From Rhynchobatus australiae (lineage: Eukaryota), in the NCBI GenBank assembly GCA_034780895.1, contig JAUZTB010000072.1, positions 24,334,850-24,398,849 of the forward strand: a stretch of DNA of 64,000 bases. Direction: 5' to 3'. A model generated the notes under the pieces. That model saw only the letters and a list, made by a program, of their open reading frames with translations, had not been told where the DNA came from and searched no databases. The number at the start of each line of letters is the position of its first letter. Position 1 is the stretch's first letter. The position numbers were made by a program, and so were the translations under genes. Positions 26,451 through 37,182 of the stretch are shown one piece after another.

Positions 26451-26829
26451 GGAGAGGTTGTTAAAGAATAAATAAAAGGTAGATCTGCACCCACATACAC
26501 AACCATGCTGGTACTGAAAATGGTCACAGGAGGTAATTAACCGAATCAAACCACTAAGCATGAAGATTGGACAGAAGGTAACAGAATCCTGACAATTAAG
26601 GTGCTACTTCACTACTGCACTCCAGGATTTACGCTAGTGAGCTTCGCATTTTTTTTTATCTGGAACGCAAGAAACACATCAAAGAGTTGGGCTTTGTTCA
26701 CTTCCGAGTGTGTTAATTGTTAATCATAGATCTGTACTTAGTCAATATGGACAACTCCCTCAGATCAGGATGTAGATCCCTTTTGGAGACAATACCCTAA
26801 GCTGGGAAATGAAAGACCAAACTTCAGTA

Positions 26830-26998
26830 ATAGAGACACAGGAGGGACTGCAGATAATGGAAATCTGGAACAAAACACACAAAATGCTGGAGGAACTCAG
26901 CAGGTCAGACAACATCTTTGGAGGGAAATGAACTGTCGACATTAAGGGCCAAAACCCTTCATCAGGACCGGAAAGGAAGAGCGCAGAAGCCAGAATTC
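26830..26998 (-). mobile_element. Penelope-like terminal-repeat fragment with hammerhead-like motif
   Basis: Minus strand: cggtc ctgatga agggttttggccc ttaat gtc gacag...gatgttgtctgacctgctgagttcctccagcatttt. Confidence 0.75.
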
Positions 26999-28264
26999 AG
27001 CAATAGACTCTTCCAGCATTAGATCACAATAAATAGATTAAAAATTCTGTAAGTTTACTGATCCACGGGTGGCCACTTGCTCTATTCTGTCTCTGCTGAC
27101 AACTTGTTAAATAAAACCACAAAACAACTACTTTTAATTCAACTACTTCCTGTGGTGAAGCTCTCCAAGCTTTAACAACCATCCACATCAACTTTTCTGA
27201 CCATTTCTAATCTCCCTCCTTTTATCTTGACTCTTTGTCAATCAATCTCCACCCAGTGGAAATAGATTTCCTTCAATCACACGTCCAAAACATTGAACAC
27301 TGGCCCACTGGAATAATCCAAGCAACTTGAATACTTTAAATAATCAGCTTTGCTTAACCTTTTTAAAATCTGATTTTATTCACTGGACAAGATCTGGAAA
27401 GGCAAAGTACATCTTTACCAAAAGTTTAAGAAGCCTGGACATGAGAAGTGGCCCGTGATATTGTAAATCATATTCATTTAAAACAAGCTTTACTTTGCGG
27501 ATTTGCTTTAGGGAACCTATCTAATGGTANNNNNNNNNNNNNNNNNNNNNNNNNNNNNNNNNNNNNNNNNNNNNNNNNNNNNNNNNNNNNNNNNNNNNNN
27601 NNNNNNNNNNNNNNNNNNNNNNNNNNNNNNNNNNNNNNNNNNNNNNNNNNNNNNNNNNNNNNNNNNNNNNNNNNNNNNNNNNNNNNNNNNNNNNNNNNNN
27701 NNNNNNNNNNNNNNNNNNNNNNNNNNNNNNNNNNNNNNNNNNNNNNNNNNNNNNNNNNNNNNNNNNNNNNNNNNNNNNNNNNNNNNNNNNNNNNNNNNNN
27801 NNNNNNNNNNNNNNNNNNNNNNNNNNNNNNNNNNNNNNNNNNNNNNNNNNNNNNNNNNNNNNNNNNNNNNNNNNNNNNNNNNNNNNNNNNNNNNNNNNNN
27901 NNNNNNNNNNNNNNNNNNNNNNNNNNNNNNNNNNNNNNNNNNNNNNNNNNNNNNNNNNNNNNNNNNNNNNNNNNNNNNNNNNNNNNNNNNNNNNNNNNNN
28001 NNNNNNNNNNNNNNNNNNNNNNNNNNNNNNNNNNNNNNNNNNNNNNNNNNNNNNNNNNNNNNNNNNNNNNNNNNNNNNNNNNNNNNNNNNNNNNNNNNNN
28101 NNNNNNNNNNNNNNNNNNNNNNNNNNNNNNNNNNNATACTAAGTAAAAACTACAATCTACATTAACTCATTTCCTGCAGTAAAACACCCCAAGTGCTTCC
28201 CCTGAGCATTTTTAATGTTACCGAGACACCTGAGCAGATACAAGAACAAGTGACATTACTTCTG

Positions 28265-28575
28265 CTTTTTTTTTGCCCCCCTTGAATGACAGAACATTAA
28301 AAAAAAAACGAATCTACTCTTAGAAAAGGAGATTCAAACAATACAGTAGAAGCCAGATGGAGAGCCATGGTGTCTTGATACTGTGATTGTGCGGTTTTAT
28401 TTTGTGTAATGGTGAGGGTTTTTTTTCCTTCCTGTTTATGAAGTTTCCCCTCTATATAATCAAGGTGATTTCACAATACTGTTGGCAGGTTTGAAAGCTT
28501 GAAGCCGTATTCAGGATCTTAGTAAAGATTCCAGGCTGATATTTGAGATAATTTCCTCCTGTTAACACAAGGAGC
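28265..28575 (-). repeat. Right arm of ~300-bp inverted repeat
   Basis: e.g. gtagaagccagatggagagccatggtgt is the reverse complement of acaccatggctctccatctggcttctac near 26351-26378. Confidence 0.95.
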
Positions 28576-28589
28576 ATTCTACAAGAGAT

Positions 28590-29800
28590 TAGGATAGGTA
28601 GAGGAATGCAGAGGCTTTCAGAAAACATGCTGTATGGCAAAGGAAAGCAGAACTGGAGGAATTAAAATCAGGGATGTACAAGAAATCAGAAATAGTGGAG
28701 CAAGGGGAACCTTGAACAATTAGAGATAGTGCAAAGCAGATTCCTGAACAGAATTTTAGACGTTCAGGTTTACTGAGGGTAGAAAATGGGAGACAGGCCA
28801 AAAGAGGTGGAGTGTAATGGCAACAAAGACAAAGATGAGTTTCACCAGCAGATAAACTAAGGCAGGAATGAAGTTAGAAACTGGGGGCTTTGCTAATGAA
28901 ATTGGAAGCTCAGCTCAAGTTCAAGTATGACATTACGATTAATAGTAGCTTAACTCAGCCCCTTACGTTGATCAGAGAGGAATGGACTCTGTGAACAAGA
29001 CAAGGGTTTTGGCCTTCCCTGTAGTTAGTTGAAAGAAATCGATGTTCCTCCAGGGCTGGATATCAGTGTGCTGAGTCGGAGACAGGAAAGGGAAGTAGTA
29101 ATGTAGAGCTCAGCACCATCAGCACATCTGCGGAACTAGACACTGTGTTTCCTAATGTTATCACTGAAGGCTGCATGTAGATCAAAAGCAAGGGGATCCT
29201 TGGGTGTAGGATGAGAAGCCATTGCCAAAGGTTCTTTGGCAACACATGAAGCAAAGGCTGTTCTACCCAGCTGGAAGGTAGAGGAAGACACTGGAAGAGA
29301 ATGGACATGGTCAGCTACATTAGAGGCTCCAGACAGATGAGAAGGACGAAGGGGGGTAGTTTAACATAGTCACCATCACACGGAACATCATTTGTGGCTT
29401 TGATAAGACCATTTCAGTGATTGGTCAGAGGATGAAACCTGACTGTAAGGTTCAAACATGGAAATGCAGAAAAGAGATGTTCAGAAGGCAACAACACATT
29501 TAGGAACATGGTGATGAAAGGAAGTTTGGAGATAGAAGTGGTTTGCAAGAACTGGGAGGGTTTTGTTTGAAGGGGAGGGGTGTGAGTAATGATTGAAGAG
29601 TTGAAGGACTGAAAGAACCAGAAGAAAGGAAAATGCTAACAATATAAGATGACACGGGTTAGGAAGGGGATGAAGGCCTCATGGAAGACATGAGCTTGGA
29701 GAGGGTATAAGGGGAGCTGGGGAAGAAGTTAGGAAAAGATGCAGGGCAGGGAAAGTTTGGCTAGGCCAGGAGGAGAGAGGAAAGTAATGGAGGCAGAAGA
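28590..29800 (-). mobile_element. Old L2 LINE RT fragment
   Basis: Minus-strand fragments ISKLPF and LIKATND..CDGD...VLL resemble L2 RT ISNLPF / ALIKVTND...LLVLLDLS; purine-rich + strand; many stops and frameshifts. Confidence 0.65.
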
Positions 29801-30212
29801 GAGTCTCAATATCTGACCCACAGCTGACTGGATTAGACTGTGTGTGGGGAATTTGGGAGGTCAGTTCAAGTCATGCTGGTCAGCTCAATGCATTAAGCAG
29901 GTCAGGATGATTTGCTCAGTATTACAGCATGTGCTCCATATTCTTGATTAATGCATGGTGTTTCATCCTCAAACAGATTAATGGCACGTTCGATATTGTT
30001 ATATTTACAGTGATGGTCGGATCAGAAAGGGAGAAATTTATAAGCGCTCAGACTCCAGTCACGTTCACATTGGCTGTGGTCTGGTGGGTTTTTAATTTTA
30101 AACCCCAGCAGACCTTCATGCTCAATAAAAATTCTCAATCTCAGTGATAAAATCCATTAGTTTTCACTGGGAAAGCTGAAGGTGGAGTGGAGAGAGGTTT
30201 TAACTGCGAACA

Positions 30213-30430
30213 GTAGAATGGCGCAGTGGGTAGTGTTGCTCTCTCACAGCTCTAGCGACTTGAGTTCACCCCCAACTTCTGATCCTCCCAACCAGATTTT
30301 CCCTCCGATCACATGTGCTTCTCCCAGATGCTCCAGTTTCCTCCCATAGGGAAATAAATGGAAGAATTGGATAGATGGGATCATTCTCAAAGCCTGCATG
30401 GACTTGACTTACTGAATGGTCTCATTATAA
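30213..30430 (+). mobile_element. V-SINE fragment
   Basis: atggcgcagtgggtagtgttgctctctcacagctctagcgacttgagttcacc...tgctccagtttcctccca. Confidence 0.7.
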
Positions 30431-30509
30431 ATGAAATAAGAGGAAGCAAGGGCTATCTCTGAGTTCTGGAACAGTGAACAATTTTGATTAACAATATAAA
30501 GTCCAACAG

Positions 30510-30652
30510 AATATAGGAACAGACACTTCTGCTATGATGTGTGTGCTGAACAAGATGCCGATTTAAATTAATCCCATCTGCCTGCACATGGTCCATATAC
30601 CTCCTTTCCCTGCATATTCATGTGCCTGTCTAAACATCTCTTAAGCTCTGCT
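30510..30652 (-). mobile_element. CR1 3' tail fragment
   Basis: ctaatcccat-like attaatcccatctgcctgcacatggtccatatacctc...gcctgtctaaacatctcttaa. Confidence 0.6.
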
Positions 30653-32399
30653 ATAATGCTTTATAAATATAAAAGAATGCTTTACAAGTTTAAAAAAAAT
30701 AATTTTACAATATTCAGATTAGGAATTATTCCTATCAAATTACTTCAGTNNNNNNNNNNNNNNNNNNNNNNNNNNNNNNNNNNNNNNNNNNNNNNNNNNN
30801 NNNNNNNNNNNNNNNNNNNNNNNNNNNNNNNNNNNNNNNNNNNNNNNNNNNNAATGTCTGAAATCAAATGCTTTAGTTATACTGAAATTGCTTAATATAG
30901 TCACCCACCCACCAAAACCATGCTTTGTACTGTAAAAGAATGTAAAAGGAACTTGACAATTTCTTCCTGCATCACCAACTTTCACTTCATAAATTCCCGA
31001 TCAGTTTTGTGATGCTTCTAAATAAGGCCACACATGCCCCATACGTACAGTCAAATAGCAAACAAAAACCCCCACATTTATTAATTTAGAAACCTCAATC
31101 AAAATCTGCTTTAACAACAAAGGGACTGTGCTGTGGTGGAGGCAGGGGATTTACAGGACCTAGCCACAACAGGGCAGAGAGAGGTGTTGCCTTACTGCTG
31201 CACTTCCACTGCCCCTTCCACAAGTTAGTCCTTTTGTTTTTTTATTTATACGACTGGTACATAAATCAACTATATTTATCTGAATGAGAATAACTGTTAC
31301 TGGAAAGGGTAATACTCTATTCAATATCCCTATGAAAATAACATCAATATATAATGAACTATCCTTTCTAGCCTATCCCAGATGAAGCAAGTATAAATTA
31401 GATCTAAGGATGTGGAGCTCTGAGAAATAGTACCAATGAAAGCCGTTATTTTGACATTCATAAAACATTACAGCTTGGCATTTTCACTGAAGGAGAATGG
31501 TGAAATTGATTCATCGCCAGCTTTTTTAATCCTAAAAAGCTATGTGAAAAAATGTTACAATTCTTCAAAACAAAATTCTGCTGGGTTGAAGTACAACAAG
31601 TAAACAGTATTTCCTTCAATCATTAACCAAGGTTAACTCAATCGTTCACCCATATGACTTGAACCCTGTATCAGCATTCTTTCTATTGAAGTAATATTGT
31701 TTGGAGCTTTGACTAACAATCTGTGGAAACTCAATGAGATTATTTTTTTCAGAAAGCTACTACAATATCCCTAGAACAAACTAGTTCTCTCTTGTCACTT
31801 TTAGTTTGCCTAGCAGAGTAAGATTGAAGTGACAAAAATAACAATAATTATGTTTCATACAAGTAGCATGCTATCTTGTTGAGCAAAACTTTCAAGATGA
31901 ATCAGTTTCACGAAGGAGACTGTCATTTACTCTTGCTTTGCACAGATTTTGACTGTGTGCCTGTTTAAAGGGAAATATAAGCTCTTGCATTTATTTAGAA
32001 GGAAAATCAAATTACACATTCATGAAAGTTATGTTAAAATCTGCCCAACAGGTGAAATAGGAGGATGTATGCTGCTTTGGAGATGGTTTAAGTGTTTTTT
32101 TTCCTCAAGGACAAGGAAGCACTAACCACAATGGATCATTTCTAAGATAATAAGATTGCCTTGACAAGGCTCTGGATACATCAGTTTCCAGCTTTACAGG
32201 TGAGGCTTAAGAAATAAAATCTGGGAAATTAATTTTCAGATTGGTGAAATTATCCAGCATTTTAAATTAGCCCTTTCTATCCAGTTGTGGCTGATATTTC
32301 AGTGTCAAAGAGTCACGAAGTCACAGCATCCAAAAACCAGTTTCAAATTCTCCTTCAACAGACAGCCTACATGCTTATAAATGAAATTTAAATATCTAT

Positions 32400-33865
32400 G
32401 CTTGAGCCTGCAGTTTGAAGTAAATGGATTGGAATGTGGGAAAATGTAAGATTATTTACATTGGAAGGAAGAATTGGAAAACATTATATTTAATGATAAG
32501 AAAAGAGTAAATGTAGGTGTACAGTTCATTCTTAAGACACAAAGTAAACAACGCAAGCAAATAGGAAGGTAAGTGGCAAGTTGACCTTTACTGCAAAAGA
32601 GCTGCAGTGCAAAAGAAAAGCTCGATGAAATGTCTCAAACATTTTCAGCTGTTTCACCAATAACTCTCCTTCCATCATCAGGTCAGAAGTGGGGATGCTT
32701 GCTGCTGATTGCACAATGTTCAATTCCATTTGCGACTCGTCAGCACATAAAGCAGTCCATGCCTACATGTAACATGACTGAGGCAACATTCAAGCTTGGC
32801 ATAAGTAACAAGTAACATTCATGCCATAAAGTTCCAGACAATGATCATTGGCAATAAGAGAGCATCTAACCACATCCCCTTGATATTCAAGGACAATACT
32901 AAGGCTGAGACTCCTTTTGGGGGCTCTGCATTGACCAGAAATTCAACTGCCACAATACTACGGGAATGTGGCAACCCTTTGCGAGCTGTCCCCAGCAGAT
33001 CATCCGATGTACTTATGTATGGGATGATCTGCCTGGATGGCATGCAAACAAAATCTTTTCATTGTATCTCAGTACATGTGACAATAATAAACCAATAAAT
33101 AAGAGCAGGTAAGAAGTTGGGCATTACNNNNNNNNNNNNNNNNNNNNNNNNNNNNNNNNNNNNNNNNNNNNNNNNNNNNNNNNNNNNNNNNNNNNNNNNN
33201 NNNNNNNNNNNNNNNNNNNNNNNNNNNNNNNNNNNNNNNNNNNNNNNNNNNNNNNNNNNNNNNNNNNNNNNNNNNNNNNNNNNNNNNNNNNNNNNNNNNN
33301 NNNNNNTCATTAACACATCCTGACTGCCCTGCTACCTACCCAGACTAGGGGTTATTTACGGTAACTAATTAAGTTACCAGCACATTTTTGGAATGACCTG
33401 CTGGAAACCCACTTGCCTGGATGAGTGCACCTCCAACAACTCTCAAGAGGCTCGACACTCAGGACAATGCAGCCCACATTCCATCAACTATCCCAAACAT
33501 TCATCTGGCTGCCATGTGTGCATTCTACAAAATGTGCTGCAGTTACGTGCCTCGTCTAACTGATATGATCCTCTTCCACCCAACCCTCCACCCCAAATCT
33601 CTGACATCTACCACCAAGGACGAAGGCTGCATGCACATGGGAACATCACCACCTACAGATTCCCCTCCAAGGTTCACACCGTTCTGATTGGGAAATGTAA
33701 CCATCTTTCATAGCTGTTGTATCCAAATACTGGAACTTATTACCGCACAGCGCTGTGGGAGTCGCTCAACCAGAAGGGCTGCAGCAGTTCAAAGTGGGTC
33801 AATACCACCTTCTCAACAGCAAGCAGGGATAGGTAACAAACATCGGCCTTGTCAGTGATATCATC
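32400..33865 (+). mobile_element. Cluster: CR1 fragment followed by a CR1/L2-group LINE (FSCFTNNSPSIIRSEVGMLAADCTMF) interrupted by SINE/Rex1-type tails
   Basis: 32643-32730 reads as a decayed FINDLP...FADD RT motif; resumes at ~33100 (agagcaggtaagaagttgggcatt) and 33410 (AWMSAPPTTLKRLDT); insert at ~32960-33098 ends gtacatgtgacaataataaaccaata. Confidence 0.75.
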
Positions 33866-33929
33866 AGTGTGTGTCATCAGAGTGGATTTCCTTGATTAGA
33901 AGTAAGTCATAAAAACGGAAGATGCTGAT

Positions 33930-34380
33930 CTCCTTTAAAACTCTTCCCCCCTCACCTTCAACCTATGCCCTTTTGTTTTTGACACCACTATCATGGGAAA
34001 AAGATTCTGGCTATCTACCCTATCTACGCCTCTCATAATTTTAAATACTTCTATTAGGTCACCCCTCAGCCTCTTTTGCTCCAGGGAAAACCAGCCTATC
34101 CGATCTTTCCCATAACTAAAGTCGTCCAAATCCAGGCAACATCCTGGTNNNNNNNNNNNNNNNNNNNNNNNNNNNNNNNNNNNNNNNNNNNNNNNNTGGT
34201 GGCTAGAATGACACATAATACTCCAAGTACAGCCTAACCAGTGGTTTGTAAAGTTGCAAAATGGTATCCCAACTTTTACATTCTATGCCCTGAGCTATGA
34301 AGGCAAGCATGCTACATGCCTTCTTCCCCACCTATCTACCCGTGTGCCACTTTCAGAAAACTATGGACTTGTATCTCAAC
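33930..34380 (-). mobile_element. CR1 LINE 3' coding fragment
   Basis: FSLEQKRLRGDLIEVFKIMRGVDRVDSQNLFP...KTKGHRLKVRG is the classic CR1 ORF2 C-terminus. Confidence 0.9.
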
Positions 34381-34957
34381 TGTTGCAGTTCCTGCCTTCA
34401 GTCCTCAGATAATAACCACTGACTACCCACCTTTCAATGAAGTTCTCCAAATTACACCAGCCAATTCTCTCCTCATAACCTCAGTTTCCTCTGTTTAGGT
34501 ACACGAGCCTCATTTCAGAATGAACTACTTGATCCATTTTACTGAAGAGCTCTGTCATGTTATGGAAAAAGCTTGGAAGCAAGAATTCAGAACCTGTTCT
34601 TGACCAGGCAGGATTTATAGCAGGGAGGGGAAAAAGGCATTGAGAAATAACCATGATGAACTTTACTGAGAAAAAAGTTTAACAAGTGTAAATATTTAAG
34701 CTAGAAAGTAACACGTCTCAAATTGCTACAAGGTATCATATATAAAGATTAAAGACTGATTCATAATTTACATTATAAAATTACAAAATCCCTACTTGAT
34801 GTTTAAAATAATTTCCTTCAAAAATGATAAATTAAATGGATGACTATACAGGCCAGATGAAAAATAACAGATATTCTCCAAATTTCTACAATTTCAAATT
34901 TGTGAATTGGTTACAAAAAGGAAAATAAAATTCCATCCAACTGGATCTTTTAGATAA

Positions 34958-35322
34958 ATGAACATAAGAAAATAGGAGCAGGAGTAGGTCACTTGGCTCC
35001 TCAAGCTTGCTCCACCATTCAATATGAACACGACTGATATGTCCGACACTTCAACTCCTCATCTGCCAAAACCCCATAGTCCTCAGAAATGTATCTGCTA
35101 CCTCTTTAAATATCCCCAATAATCTAACCTCCACAGAACTCTCGGGTACAAAATTCCAGGGATTCACCACCTTCTGCAAGAAGCAGTTCCTACACAACCC
35201 TGTTTTAAATGGCTACCCCCTAATCTTACAACCACGTCCCCTCGTTTGAGATTCACCCACTGATGGAAACACCTACCCTGTCATTTCCCATCAGGATCCT
35301 ATATTTTTCAAAGGTCACTCCT
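34958..35322 (-). mobile_element. CR1 LINE 3' end
   Basis: gaacataagaaaataggagcaggagtaggtcac...ccaccattcaatatg; same subfamily as 18425-18800. Confidence 0.85.
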
Positions 35323-35779
35323 CGAATGGAAGATATCGTACAAAGTGAAAATGATGAGGATTGGAAGCAACCGACTTTGAAGGCTGTATGTGAGAGATGG
35401 GAGTGGGAATATTTGAGACTAACAGAACCTCAGCTCTTCTTTCAAATCAAGTTTCATAAAGAAGTCCTGCTTTGATGAAAGAATTTTTGCAGATAGACAG
35501 GTGGTGGATATTTCTTGCAATGGTTGTGGAAATTCTCCTTGGCTCCATCACATTCAGGTACACACAAAAATCTGACATTAAGCAACATGGGATTCCTCCA
35601 TTTTGTGACATGTTATCCATGAGTGTACCATTGCATCCCATGGTTTTGCTTTGAGTATTAATTCTCGATATTGGTGTTATCATCAGCAGTACAGGATGGG
35701 TTTATATAACAACTTGGAAAATACCCACATGCCTGCCATCTAATTACCAATTTGGTCATCTTAATGTTAATGTTTTGAT

Positions 35780-36010
35780 TTTGCTTGGAGATTCATCACA
35801 CACTTGATCAACCATAACCTTTCAGCCTGCCCCTGATTCAGTTTCTTCTCCATTAGCATAAAACTTATCACTCTCGGATTTAAATTGATTAACCCAACTA
35901 GGTTGCCTTCCCACTTGTCCAATTCTGACGAAGCGTCTTTAATCCAAAACTCTGTTTCTCTCCCCACCTGCTTGACCCACTGAGCAGGTCCAGCATTTTG
36001 TTTTTGTTCC
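35780..36010 (+). mobile_element. Penelope-like terminal repeat, decayed
   Basis: aattctgacgaagcgtctttaatccaaaactctgtttctctccccac...ttgacccactgagcaggtccagcattttg. Confidence 0.55.
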
Positions 36011-36762
36011 TACTGACAGCATGATTATTATAGTAATATAAGTAAAAACTTAAGATGTTAATGATCAAACAGTATCTTGACCAGTACAGTATACAATTCT
36101 AGTTGGCCAGTAATAGGAGTGATAGTCAATGAATGCATCAAAAGCTACAAGGCTGATCTCCAAGATAGCTGTCTATGGTACTAGAAAAATCCAGGAGTTT
36201 TAGCTTGAAAAGGAAGCACCTGAGAAGAGATATTATCCAGAAAAGTGGAATTGGTAAGGGGCTAGAAAAAGTGACCATAAAATGATGGCACAGAACATGT
36301 GACTGTGACAATCATGAACTTATCATTGTCATCATTTTGACTTCTGGCATGCATTTAAATGAGAAAATATAAAAGTTTGTGAGCAATTCCCTGTGCCTCT
36401 GAAGGCTGAGTCTTTGCAGTCTTAACATAGGCAATCAATACAAAATTCACTGATATCACATGAACTTCAATTCTTCGGACACTATTCCCACTGTAAAAGA
36501 AACAACTGAAAATGTTATGGCTTGTTGATTGAGATGTAAACAAGTTTTTAACAGCCTGCTAATGAATAATTAGTGCTGAACAGGCATGGACTCTTTGGGC
36601 TGAAAGGCCTTCTTCCATGTTGTAAGGAAATACGAGAACATCATCTCTGGGACAGAAAAATTAATTTTATCTGGGGGAAGTAGTATTTTCTTCAAAATAA
36701 TTGTTTTAAAATTCTATGGATGTTGTTTCTTTTTTAAAGCTTATGGTATTTCCACTTCCTAC

Positions 36763-37182
36763 TGAATCACACAAGATCACAAGGGAGCAGAAGTAGGCCA
36801 TTCGGCCCATTGTCTGCTCCAGGGAAAAGGGGGAAAAGGGAAAAAGAAATGAGAAAGGAGAAGTGGGGGGGTGAGGGGGAAGAGAGTCAAGAGGGAAAAG
36901 AATTTTAACCCCAATTTCTGGCCTTATCCCCATATCCCTTGATACCTTGACTAATTAGATATCTGTCTATCTCCTCCTTNNNNNNNNNNNNNNNNNNNNN
37001 NNNNNNNNNNNNNNNNNNNNNNNNNNNNNNNNNNNNNNNNNNNNNNNNNNNNNNNNNNNNNNNNNNNNNNNNNNNNNNNTTATCCCCATATCCCTTGATA
37101 CCTTGACTAATTAGATATCTGTCTATCTCCTCCTTAAATGTCCCCAGTGATCTGGCCTCCATTGCTGTATGTGGGAATCCAA
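36763..37182 (-). mobile_element. CR1 3' end interrupted by a purine tract and a gap
   Basis: EARSLGTFKEEIDRYLISQGIKGYG is the CR1 ORF2 terminus; tail ggagcagaagtaggccattcggccca. Confidence 0.85.

Noticed and set aside
25987-26475. 162-aa ORF sharing a peptide with ORF 28452-28640
   Set aside because: The shared peptide only reflects the DNA inverted repeat; the second copy has a stop, and there is no protein-family resemblance.
27448-28165. Long ORFs spanning N runs (also 16996-17478, 45702-46168, 51550-52371)
   Set aside because: Artefacts of translating gaps as X.
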